32,000 bases of DNA from an archaeon (GCA_041677685.1 JBAYPN010000006.1:6782-38781), one strand, 5' to 3'; counted from the stretch's first letter, positions 11,537-20,361 are shown. Translations and numbers: made by a program. The notes: generated by a model from the letters alone, not told the origin.

Positions 11537-12051
11537 TAATTTGACCAACTAAACAAGTATCTTGATGAAGTTACAGTTTGGTTGTTTTTAGAAGTTTTTA
11601 TATACATATGATATGTATTACCACATAAATCACTTGCAGCTAAGTCAATAGTTGCAGTCAAACCTGAAAATGCATTTGGATCTATATCACTTACTGTTAA
11701 AGGATTACCACCATTATCTGTTAATCCAACAATATTCATAGCTGTTCCAGAAGAATCTTCAATTATTAATGCATGACTTCCACCTTCACCCATTGGTCTC
11801 CAAGAAAATTGTATATTTGTGTTACCAGGTGGTGTACAATCAGATCTTTTTGCTACAACTGAAACAATTTGAGCTGGTTGAGGTACATCTAATGCAGCTT
11901 GAGCTTTGTCTGCTTGAGTAGAAGCTGTATCTCTTGATTGGCCACCCATACCTACAAGTAATGCAATTACAATTACTGCAATTAAAACTGCACCACCAAT
12001 TAACAAAAGGTACTCTAAGGCACCCTGTCCTTTTCTATTTTTTTTAAACAT
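11536..12051 (-). CDS. Type IV pilin (candidate major pilin, paralog B)
   Basis: MFKKNRKG|QGALEYLLLIGGAVLIAVIVI. AGGTGA is 6 nt upstream of the ATG. It has its own flanking gaps (233 bp upstream, 152 bp downstream). The C-terminal domain is A/G/S/T-rich and visibly less AT-biased than its neighbours. Confidence 0.85.
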   Translation of the reverse strand: MFKKNRKGQGALEYLLLIGGAVLIAVIVIALLVGMGGQSRDTASTQADKAQAALDVPQPAQIVSVVAKRSDCTPPGNTNIQFSWRPMGEGGSHALIIEDSSGTAMNIVGLTDNGGNPLTVSDIDPNAFSGLTATIDLAASDLCGNTYHMYIKTSKNNQTVTSSRYLFSWSN

Positions 12052-12284
12052 ATAATTTCACCTTTTTTATTTATATAAACATTCTTTGTTCATTAAGATC
12101 AATAATTTATTTTGTGAAATTATATTTTTTTGTTAAAAATATTAAATATAATATCACACAAAACTATTTTATCTATTCAAAATATTATAACATTGTCTTT
12201 ATATAGTTTTCTATTTTGAAAAACTAAGCCCCTTTTTTAATAATCAAACAAACATTAATTTATTTTTAAAAAATAATGTTCAAT

Positions 12285-12503
12285 TTATGATAGTGCATGA
12301 TCTTGGATTGTTGTTACGTCTGCAACTTTCTTTGCAGAAGCTTGCTTTAAATATAGACCAACTAATAAAGCTACAAGAATAACCACACCTAAAATAACTA
12401 AAAACTCTAAGGACAGTTGTGCTTTATTGTCTTCTTGTAAAAGGCTTTTCTTCACATTTAATTTTTTTAAAAAAATATTTAATTTCTTTTTTTTATAAAT
12501 CAT
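12285..12503 (-). CDS. Small class III signal-peptide pilin-like protein (start uncertain)
   Basis: ...QEDNKA|QLSLEFLVILGVVILVALLVGLYL. The ATG at 12503 gives an unusually long 27-aa leader. An in-frame GTG at 12455 would give a typical 11-aa leader (M)KKSLLQEDNKA. Confidence 0.65.
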   Translation of the reverse strand: MIYKKKKLNIFLKKLNVKKSLLQEDNKAQLSLEFLVILGVVILVALLVGLYLKQASAKKVADVTTIQDHALS

Positions 12504-12524
12504 ATCTTATCAAATTTTTAATTT

Positions 12525-12633
12525 TTATTTCTCTTTCCAAAAATTACTTCTCTTATTTTTTATCAAAACATTACTTCTCTTATTTTTTATCAAAACATTA
12601 CTTCTCTTATTTTTTATCAAAACATTATTTCTC
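12525..12633. repeat. 27-bp tandem repeat: three perfect copies plus degenerate flanking copies
   Basis: TTACTTCTCTTATTTTTTATCAAAACA at 12544-12570, 12571-12597 and 12598-12624. Partial diverged copies at 12525-12543 and 12625-12633. It lies in the gap between the TadC-like gene and the first prepilin gene. Confidence 0.95.
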
Positions 12634-12729
12634 AAAAAAAATTTAAAAATAATTATCTTCAAAATCTTTTCAAACCTTTACTTTTTTAACACACTATAAC
12701 ATCATGTTAGTTAAAACCAAATATTTCCT

Positions 12730-13629
12730 CTAAATCATCCCTGACAACATTGTTGTTAAAATAAATTGAGAGATTGCGTACACAATATATGCAATTGTTA
12801 ATAGTGCAGGAAAGTAAATTGTAACATTTGTTAACTTACCTTCCCTCATCATCGCTATCATTGCTGAAGCTGCAAGTGTCATAATTACAATATAAATATC
12901 TAATAATAAATAAATTGAACTTTGGGCCTTTATAGCAATTTCTAATGCCCCTGCAGCAGCTATTCCACTATCTATTGCAACCTGTGAAAGAAACTGAGTA
13001 ATTACTCTTGTTAATCCAAAAATAAATGGAGCAATCACACCAGCAGCAGCAACAATAAAAATTGTTTGTAACATTGTTTTTGTTAACCTTTCTTTCTTTA
13101 CTCTAAACAAATATTTTGTATCATTTGCAATCTCTTCTAAAACCTCTGCCAACTGAGCACCTGTTCTTAAAGACTCTTGAATTAATGTTACTGTCCTTTT
13201 TATAATTTTAGAGTCAACCCTTATTGTTAAATAGGTAAGAGCAACATGTAGGTTGTCCCCCATCTCTAATCTCCTAATCACACCATTAATCTCTTCAGAA
13301 AGATCTCCATAATCAGAGGTTGCAACTTCCCTTAATGCAAAATCAAAAGAAGAGCCTGCTTTCATAGTGTCTGCAATTAGTTTAAGAGCATCTGGCCAAT
13401 ATCTTTCAATATTTTTAATATGATTTAAATATTTATAAATTGGGATACCTATCCCTAGATCTAAAATAATAACAAACAATAAAATCCCTACCTTTATATT
13501 AATTAAAAAACCAATTACACCTAATAGTAAAGATGCAATAATTATTGCTAAAAACCAATAGTTTGCTGGGATCTTTATCTTTAAAGAATAAAGATATATT
13601 TGATATTTTTCTAAAAATTTTGATTTCAT
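12730..13629 (-). CDS. Type IV filament platform protein, single T2SS-F domain (TadC-like)
   Basis: 299 aa. N-terminal TM hairpin, a cytoplasmic helical domain (...WPDALKLIADTMKAGSSFDFALREV...), and C-terminal TM helices, the typical GspF/TadC architecture. Confidence 0.85.
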   Translation of the reverse strand: MKSKFLEKYQIYLYSLKIKIPANYWFLAIIIASLLLGVIGFLINIKVGILLFVIILDLGIGIPIYKYLNHIKNIERYWPDALKLIADTMKAGSSFDFALREVATSDYGDLSEEINGVIRRLEMGDNLHVALTYLTIRVDSKIIKRTVTLIQESLRTGAQLAEVLEEIANDTKYLFRVKKERLTKTMLQTIFIVAAAGVIAPFIFGLTRVITQFLSQVAIDSGIAAAGALEIAIKAQSSIYLLLDIYIVIMTLAASAMIAMMREGKLTNVTIYFPALLTIAYIVYAISQFILTTMLSGMI

Positions 13630-13636
13630 TTCATAA

Positions 13637-14779
13637 TCACAATTTTGGTTCTATCATTTTTATATAATATACTAAGACTATAAAGATTATTGGCATAGCT
13701 ACTAAAAAAATTAAACTTAAAGTTGTTGGAGTCATTATTCCTGGCAAAAATAATTCCCCACCTTGCCCTAAAGGAGCATTTGCAATTGCACCTAAGATTG
13801 CTGCAAAAACAGGAAGAACAATTGCCATAAAAATAAAAATTACACCAAAAAAGTTCATTTTCTCTCCAAACACTTTTGCTGACTCTAACAGATCAAAGGA
13901 AACTGCATCTGCAACACTGTTAATTGTGTTTGCTAAGTTACCACCTGTGTTTAATGTTCTTACAATATGTGATAAAGCAATACTATAGTTTCTTGATTGA
14001 CTTCTTAAAGCTGCATGCCTTAAGGCAGTTTTTGTATCTGTTCCATTTTCAATTTCCAAAATTGATCTTGCCATCTCTTCAGACAAAACTCCATAATCGT
14101 TTTTTGCAACAGATTGTAGAACTTTATATAGTCCGATACCTGCTTGTAACTCTGTGGCAATATGTCTTAGAGCAAAAGGCAACTCTATATCAATTAAGAC
14201 CCCTCTTGATTTTGCTTTCTGCATTGGTATAAAGTAAGCAAAGACTACCATTAATATTATAAAAATTAGCACTAAAATAAAAGGTATAGTTATTAGTAAA
14301 ATAGGCTTTACTAAAGAAAAAAGAACTAATAAAAAAAATGAGAAAAAAGCTGCCCCTAAAACTGAAAAAATTGCAGAAAAAATTAAGTGTTGAACTAAGG
14401 TTCTTTTATTATTTGCAGAGGTTAGGTAAAAAGATATCTTTTTTGCAATTTTATTTTTTAAAATTATTAAAACAATTTTGTCTATCAATCCTTTTAGAGG
14501 TTTATATAACTTAACTGTACTTTTCTCTAAATCTGAACTTGAATGCCCTAAGATTTTTGTTTCTGCATCAATATCTAATTTTGAAAGTTTTCCTTCTGAA
14601 ATGATGTCTCTTAATTCTTTTAGATGTCCTTCTGACATGGCTGATCCTGTACCATCTAAGCTTGATTTCTTTTTCATCTTAGACACAATATTTTGCACAG
14701 CATCAAGATCAATGTCAAGTTCATCTTTTGACTTACTATCATTTTTTTTAAGTGTCTTTAAAGTTTTTGAGTCAACCAT
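13637..14779 (-). CDS. Type IV filament platform protein, single T2SS-F domain (TadB-like) with charged N-terminal extension
   Basis: 380 aa. About 120-aa K/D/S-rich head, TM helices, a helical domain (...LPFALRHIATELQAGIGLYKVLQSVAKNDYGVLSEEMARS...), and C-terminal TM helices. It is 7 bp upstream of the TadC-like gene. Confidence 0.85.
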   Translation of the reverse strand: MVDSKTLKTLKKNDSKSKDELDIDLDAVQNIVSKMKKKSSLDGTGSAMSEGHLKELRDIISEGKLSKLDIDAETKILGHSSSDLEKSTVKLYKPLKGLIDKIVLIILKNKIAKKISFYLTSANNKRTLVQHLIFSAIFSVLGAAFFSFFLLVLFSLVKPILLITIPFILVLIFIILMVVFAYFIPMQKAKSRGVLIDIELPFALRHIATELQAGIGLYKVLQSVAKNDYGVLSEEMARSILEIENGTDTKTALRHAALRSQSRNYSIALSHIVRTLNTGGNLANTINSVADAVSFDLLESAKVFGEKMNFFGVIFIFMAIVLPVFAAILGAIANAPLGQGGELFLPGIMTPTTLSLIFLVAMPIIFIVLVYYIKMIEPKL

Positions 14780-14945
14780 ATCTTTTACCTTAAATTTTTA
14801 TTGTAAATATTTGCATTAAACTTTTCTTGGTTTGTAATCTTTTAGTTGTAAATTTATATTCACATCATTTTTATTACTTTATATGATATGTAAACTTATA
14901 TTATATTTTGGTTATTATTATTTATATATAACCTTTGTCTTTAAC

Positions 14946-16763
14946 CTAACTTTTACTTTTTATATATTCTAATTGTATCTCTTTAGACACATCAGAAATG
15001 CTTCTAATATTTTTTGTAATCAAATTATTTAACACATTAATTTTATTCTCAATTTGTTTTTTAATATCTTGGTCATCAAAATTTGTGTAAGCTTTAACTG
15101 TTTCAAAAAACTTAATTGGTTTTTCTGTTCTTTCAAGAGTGTCTGTTTCTGGGTTCCATTTAAAGATAATATTTACTTTTGCATCATTTTCTAAAACATC
15201 TAAAATCTCTGCAATTGCAGTTATTCTTCTTACTTGCCCTTTTGCTGATCTTAGCCTTTTTTGAATAATTATAAAATCTACACCTGCAAGCATCAACGGA
15301 GGAACACTCATTGGAGGAGATGTAATTCTTACAATTGTTTCTTTTGCAGAATTGGCGTGAATTGTCCCCATACATCCATCGTGACCTGTGTTCATGGCGG
15401 TGAACAATGTTGTTGCTTCTGTGTGCCTAATTTCACCTACAATTATTCTGTCAGGTCTCATTCTTAAAGTGTTTTTTGTTAAAATCTCTAAACTTAGTTC
15501 TCCTTTTCCTTCTAAACCAGGAGGCCTTCCTTCAAATCTAATTACATGCTTGATTGGAAGTTTAAGTTCTGCTGTGTCTTCAATTGTTAAAACTCTATCA
15601 GCTTCTGGAATAAAGTTTGCAAGAACATTAAGAGTTGTTGTTTTTCCTGAACCTGTTCCACCTGAGATTAAAACATTTGCTGGCTTTGCTCCAAATCCTT
15701 CAACAGCACACCATAAAAAGGCTGCAACCTCTGCGTTTAAGGTTTTAAAAGTTATTAGGTCTACTATGGTGTAAGGATCTTCTCTAAACTTTCTAATTGT
15801 TATTGTTGAACCATCAATTGAGGCTGGAGGGTAAGTTGCATTAACACGGGAACCATCTGGAAGTCTTGCATCTAACAAAGGTGTTGAAATGTCTACTTGT
15901 CTACCAAGGGTTCTTGCAATTTTGTCAACAATATCTTGGATACCCTCATCTGAATAAAAGGTAATGTTTGTTGTCATCATACCATAAGAGACATGATAGA
16001 CATACACTGGTTTTTTAGGACCAACAACCATAATTTCCTCTAACTTGTCATCATCTAACAAAGGTTCTAAGACACCATAACCAGTCATCTCTTTAACAAC
16101 TGAATTTGCATAGAAGGGATATAGGTGTTTTGGAATATTAATTTCTGAAGCATTTTCTAAGATATCTATGATCTTTTGATAATATATGTTTTTTCTTTGT
16201 AAAGGATCTCTTATCTTGTAAGGATCTGTGGATATTAGTCTTGTTGTTGCTTCCTTTAAAGTATTAATTATTAATTTTTGAGAAGGTGTTGGTTTTGGAA
16301 CTGGAATCTTATAGTGAAGTAGTGATTGGTTTTTTAATCTATAAATTTCTACATCTCCATACTTGGTTATCAAGTGAGCAGAATCATCTAACAACTTATT
16401 TTCAAATTCTCTTTCTGGAACCTGGGAGATGTCTATTGGTTTTTTAGTTTTTGTTTCTGAAAAAGAGTCTAACTCTTCAAAGGAAGACTTTTTATTTAAA
16501 GAATCAAAGTCATTATCTTTAATTTCTTTTGATAATTTTGAAGATAAACTATTTATGGAGTTGTCTTTAGAATCTTCTTTGTCAACTACAAAATTACTTT
16601 TAGTATCTTTATCGCTTTTAAAATCATCTTCAATATCTTTAGAAATATCTCTACTATTTTGATTTAAAGAAATATCATCAATTGACTTAACTTTAAAAGA
16701 ATCTTCTTCTGTTTTATATTTTTTAATCAAATTATCTAATTGTGACCCTGCCAAAAAAAACAC
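14946..16763 (-). CDS. Type IV filament assembly ATPase (GspE/VirB11 superfamily; TadA/FlaI-like)
   Basis: Walker A GGTGSGKTT, Asp/Walker B region PDRIIVGEIR, His box TGHDGCMGTIHAN. The N-terminal ~130 aa are D/S/K-rich and low-complexity. The only start at the 5' end is GTG 16763, directly after the rfcS TAG. There is no in-frame ATG until inside the conserved domain. Confidence 0.92.
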   Translation of the reverse strand: MFFLAGSQLDNLIKKYKTEEDSFKVKSIDDISLNQNSRDISKDIEDDFKSDKDTKSNFVVDKEDSKDNSINSLSSKLSKEIKDNDFDSLNKKSSFEELDSFSETKTKKPIDISQVPEREFENKLLDDSAHLITKYGDVEIYRLKNQSLLHYKIPVPKPTPSQKLIINTLKEATTRLISTDPYKIRDPLQRKNIYYQKIIDILENASEINIPKHLYPFYANSVVKEMTGYGVLEPLLDDDKLEEIMVVGPKKPVYVYHVSYGMMTTNITFYSDEGIQDIVDKIARTLGRQVDISTPLLDARLPDGSRVNATYPPASIDGSTITIRKFREDPYTIVDLITFKTLNAEVAAFLWCAVEGFGAKPANVLISGGTGSGKTTTLNVLANFIPEADRVLTIEDTAELKLPIKHVIRFEGRPPGLEGKGELSLEILTKNTLRMRPDRIIVGEIRHTEATTLFTAMNTGHDGCMGTIHANSAKETIVRITSPPMSVPPLMLAGVDFIIIQKRLRSAKGQVRRITAIAEILDVLENDAKVNIIFKWNPETDTLERTEKPIKFFETVKAYTNFDDQDIKKQIENKINVLNNLITKNIRSISDVSKEIQLEYIKSKS

Positions 16764-17738
16764 CTACTTTTTATTTATTAAAATTATTTGAGCTAAAAGT
16801 GCTTCAAGTTGAATTCTATCATTTGCACCTTCAACTAATCTAAAATTTATTTCTGCAATAATTGTAATTATTTTTATTTTTGTTTTAATATCTAATTTTT
16901 CATCAGGAAAATTAACTACTTTTTTATAAATTTGAGAAATTATATCTTCTCCTGACAACCCCTGTTCAAAAAGTAAAGTTTCTAAATAACCTCTTGCTTT
17001 TAGATAGTTTCCATTTAGACATTCGTCAATTAAATTAATTATATCTTTTGGTTGTGCTGAATTTGAAACTTCGTAGATAATGTCTTGAGTAACTTTGTCT
17101 GTCATTGATGAAGCAGCTTGTAGATAATTGATTGCAGTTCTCATATCTCCCTCACAAACATCATACAAAGCATCAATTGCATCCTCATCAATTGAGATAT
17201 TTTCATTTGCAAGTATTGGTTCTAAACCTTTTTTTACATCTTCTTTTCTTAGAGGTTTAAATTTAAATAAAGAACATCTACTTTGAATTGGGGCAATTAA
17301 TTTTGAAGAATAGTTTGCATTTAATATAAATCTTACAGTCCCTGTGTATTTTTCCATGGTTCTTCTTAGAGCTTGTTGAGCATCTGTTGTTAAAGCATCA
17401 GCTTCATCTAAAAAGATGATTTTGAAATTTGCACCTAAAGGAATTGTTCTTGAAAAATCTTTTATTGCACCTCTTACAACATTGATACCTCTTTCATCTG
17501 AAGCATTTAATTCTAAGAAATCTTGAGAGAAATTACTTCCAAATAATTCCTTTGCCATAGCCACTGCACAACAGGTCTTTCCAACACCTGGTGGTCCTGC
17601 AAACAAAAGGTTGGGCATGCTTTTTTTTTCCACATACTTTTGTAGCCTTGGAACTATGTGTTTTTGACCTACAACTGACTTTAATAACTTAGGTCTATAT
17701 TTTTCTGTCCAAGGAAAAGAATTTTCTACAATTGCCAT
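16764..17738 (-). CDS. rfcS: Replication factor C small subunit (clamp loader)
   Basis: PWTEKYRPK...VVGQ RFC box, Walker A GPPGVGKT, DEAD-type LDEADALT, and the SRC motif (IQSRCSLFKF). 324 aa, no intein. Confidence 0.95.
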   Translation of the reverse strand: MAIVENSFPWTEKYRPKLLKSVVGQKHIVPRLQKYVEKKSMPNLLFAGPPGVGKTCCAVAMAKELFGSNFSQDFLELNASDERGINVVRGAIKDFSRTIPLGANFKIIFLDEADALTTDAQQALRRTMEKYTGTVRFILNANYSSKLIAPIQSRCSLFKFKPLRKEDVKKGLEPILANENISIDEDAIDALYDVCEGDMRTAINYLQAASSMTDKVTQDIIYEVSNSAQPKDIINLIDECLNGNYLKARGYLETLLFEQGLSGEDIISQIYKKVVNFPDEKLDIKTKIKIITIIAEINFRLVEGANDRIQLEALLAQIILINKK

Positions 17739-17857
17739 AATAAAACTACTTTTAAATATATATTATAAATTAACAATAAAATAATAGTCCAATATATTTA
17801 TAACCCTTTTTATAGAAATAATATATAAAGATTAACAAATATAAAAAAGAAAAACAT

Positions 17858-18250
17858 ATGAAAAAGATAAAAATAAACTATAAAGTAATTATTTTATTTA
17901 TAATTGCAACAATAATATCCCAAGCACTAATCAAAGTACTATCCCCTAGTAATTTTTTAAAAAGTCCAACATATATATTTTTACCAATTGTTGGTTTTTT
18001 TGGAATGTATTATTTTAGTGCAGAAATAATGAAATACGTTAGGATAAATAATAAATTTACATTTGCTGGTTTTTTTATAGTAATTGCCTTGTTATGTTTT
18101 TATATTGCTTTGTTTATGTTCTATTGGAATGCGTTAAAAGTTTTAAACAACCAACCAATTGCTTTCCCTTATTTTAAGATCCTCTTAGATTCTGCATTTT
18201 TAGAATTTATAGTTTCTGGAGTTTTTGGAATTTTTGCAATTAAAAAATAA
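17858..18250 (+). CDS. Hypothetical membrane protein (4 predicted TM helices)
   Basis: 130-aa ORF, hydrophobic throughout, divergent from rfcS. No family recognised. Confidence 0.6.
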   Translation: MKKIKINYKVIILFIIATIISQALIKVLSPSNFLKSPTYIFLPIVGFFGMYYFSAEIMKYVRINNKFTFAGFFIVIALLCFYIALFMFYWNALKVLNNQPIAFPYFKILLDSAFLEFIVSGVFGIFAIKK

Positions 18251-18292
18251 AAAATTATTTACTTTTGTTTATTTTTAAAAAGGTAAGTGGTT

Positions 18293-19522
18293 ATGTCAAA
18301 AATATTTATAAAAACTTTTGGTTGCACCTTAAACAAGAAAGATAGTCTAAACCTTGTTTCTAATTATGATTATAGTGAAGATGAAAAAGATCTGCTCTCT
18401 GCAAATCATATTATAATTAATACTTGTGGAGTAAAAGAACAAACAGACACAAAAATTATAAACTATTTAAAAAAATTAAAAACACAAAATATTTCTGAAA
18501 AGAAAATAATAATCTGTGGTTGTTTAGTAACCATTAACAAAGAACTACTAACAGATGTTTTTCCAAATGCAAAGTATTTTAGAATTGAAGAAACTAAAGA
18601 ATTACAAAAATTATTAGAAGATTTAAAATTGAAAACTAAAGATAGAAAGATAAATCTCTCAGAACCAATAATACTTTCAAATGGGTGCCTTGGGAATTGT
18701 AATTATTGTGCAGTAAAGTTTGCAAGAGGTAGACTTAAAAGTAAAAGTGTAAATGAAATTGTTTTAGAAATTAAAAACGCAATTGGAAATGGAAGTAGAG
18801 AAATATTATTGACTTCTCAAGATAATGGTTGTTATGGCTTTGATATTAATACTAACATAATAAAGTTGTTGTTAGAAGTTATAAAAATAAAAGGAGATTT
18901 CTTAGTAAGGTTGGGGATGGCAAACCCACAACACCTAAAAACCTTTAAAAAAGAATTAATTGAAATTTACAAACACAAAAAAATATATAAATTTTTACAT
19001 GTCCCAATCCAGAGTGGGGATAATGATGTTTTAAAAGATATGAATAGATATTATAAAATTGAAGAAGTGTTTGATATTATTAAAGACTTTAGAAAAGAAA
19101 TTCCAGAAATTACAATTGCAACAGACATCATTGTTGGATACCCTACTGAAACTGAAAAACAATTCCAAAACACAATCAAAGTTATTAAGAAAATAAAACC
19201 TGATGTTGTTAACATCTCTAGATTTGGGCAAAGAAAAGGGATTGAGGCAAACAAACATGAAGATCTCTTAGGTGCAATTAAAAAGAAAAGATCTAGAGAA
19301 CTTACTGTTCTTTGTAGGAAATTGTTTTTAGAAAAAAATAAAAAATATTTAGATAAAGAAAAAGAAATATTGATTACTGAAGTTGGAAAGAATAACACAG
19401 TTATGGGAAGAACCATTGAATATAAACCTGTTGGAATTAGAGGGAATTATTCTCTTGGAACCAAAATTAAAATAAAGATTATAGATTGTAAAGCTAATTT
19501 TTTAATAGCTAAAAAAATGTAG
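18293..19522 (+). CDS. Radical-SAM methylthiotransferase, archaeal MtaB/CDKAL1-like (tRNA ms2t6A-type MiaB family)
   Basis: UPF0004 N-domain cysteines (GCTLNKKDS, NTCGVKEQ, ICGCL), the radical-SAM CLGNCNYC (CxxxCxxC) motif, and a C-terminal TRAM-like domain. The track start at 18287 is GTG; the ATG at 18293 is more likely. Confidence 0.9.
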   Translation: MSKIFIKTFGCTLNKKDSLNLVSNYDYSEDEKDLLSANHIIINTCGVKEQTDTKIINYLKKLKTQNISEKKIIICGCLVTINKELLTDVFPNAKYFRIEETKELQKLLEDLKLKTKDRKINLSEPIILSNGCLGNCNYCAVKFARGRLKSKSVNEIVLEIKNAIGNGSREILLTSQDNGCYGFDINTNIIKLLLEVIKIKGDFLVRLGMANPQHLKTFKKELIEIYKHKKIYKFLHVPIQSGDNDVLKDMNRYYKIEEVFDIIKDFRKEIPEITIATDIIVGYPTETEKQFQNTIKVIKKIKPDVVNISRFGQRKGIEANKHEDLLGAIKKKRSRELTVLCRKLFLEKNKKYLDKEKEILITEVGKNNTVMGRTIEYKPVGIRGNYSLGTKIKIKIIDCKANFLIAKKM

Positions 19523-19621
19523 AAAAAACATAGTTTGTATTTCTAAATAAATGGTCATTTAAGTTAAGTATATAAACTATTTGCTATTTATTTATATATA
19601 TTAAATTGAATTTGAAAAAAT

Positions 19622-20350
19622 ATGGATTTGTTTCTTACTTTTAAAAAATATATAGAAAATTACAAGATTATTCTATCTCTTAGTGCATTATTTATATTTT
19701 TATTATTTTTAATAAACCCTGTCTTTAGTCTTTTTGGAGGAACCTTAAATATAACATATAATATCTTAAATTTTGAATTAGGAAATGTTGTGATAAGTTT
19801 ACTTGCTTCACTTATATTGTTATTTATATTTAGTTTAGTACAAACAATTATAATCTATAAAATAAGTAAAGACTATAGTGTTAATGAAACAGTTTATTTT
19901 AAAGAAATTAAAAAAATGTTCTATAAGTTATTAAAATTTAATTGGATTTTCTTTTTAGTAATCTTTGGGGTTTCTGTTTTTTTATATGATCTTAATCTTT
20001 TAAATAATATTATTACACAAATTATATTTTTTATAATAACAATTTCTCTTTGGTTTGTTCCACAAATTATTGTTTTAGAAAATAGAGAAATACCTTTGGC
20101 AATGTGGTATAGTGCAAGATTTTGGAAAAACAATTTTGGGCATTTGTTAACATTATTTTTATGTGGTTTTATTTTAATATTATTAACTAGTTTGATAGAG
20201 GTCTTAATAGCTGGGATAATTGGAATTATGATTTCTGTGTTATTTTTAGTTTTATTTGTAATACCTTTTACAGAGATTCTAAAAACTGAAATTTATTTAA
20301 ATAAATATAAACTATTAAAGCCAAAACACCAATTTAAATTAAAAAGGTAG
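19622..20350 (+). CDS. Hypothetical polytopic membrane protein
   Basis: 242-aa ORF with about 6 hydrophobic helices. No family recognised. Confidence 0.6.
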   Translation: MDLFLTFKKYIENYKIILSLSALFIFLLFLINPVFSLFGGTLNITYNILNFELGNVVISLLASLILLFIFSLVQTIIIYKISKDYSVNETVYFKEIKKMFYKLLKFNWIFFLVIFGVSVFLYDLNLLNNIITQIIFFIITISLWFVPQIIVLENREIPLAMWYSARFWKNNFGHLLTLFLCGFILILLTSLIEVLIAGIIGIMISVLFLVLFVIPFTEILKTEIYLNKYKLLKPKHQFKLKR

Positions 20351-20361
20351 ATTGAGAAAAT

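Noticed and set aside
10916-12051. DGR-style template/variable repeat relationship between the two pilin paralogs
   Set aside because: Similarity is confined to the 5' signal-peptide and helix region. The C-terminal halves are not alignable. There is no A-specific mismatch pattern and no reverse transcriptase in the window.
12525-12633. Possible CRISPR array, because of the perfectly repeated ~27-bp units
   Set aside because: The units are directly contiguous with no spacers. There are only about 3 full copies. No cas genes are present in the window. It is a tandem minisatellite, not a CRISPR.
15184-15774. Three ORFs (63-128 aa) overlapping the pilus ATPase on both strands
   Set aside because: They lie in off-frames or antisense to the most conserved, least AT-rich part of the ATPase gene, where stop codons are rarer. 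They have no motifs and no RBS.
8673-16763. Archaellum (motility) operon
   Set aside because: No ArlC/D/E/F/G/H/X-like genes are present. The platform is split into two single-domain genes. The prepilins carry the Q+1/E+5 Epd/Flp-type motif and not archaellin-type N-termini.
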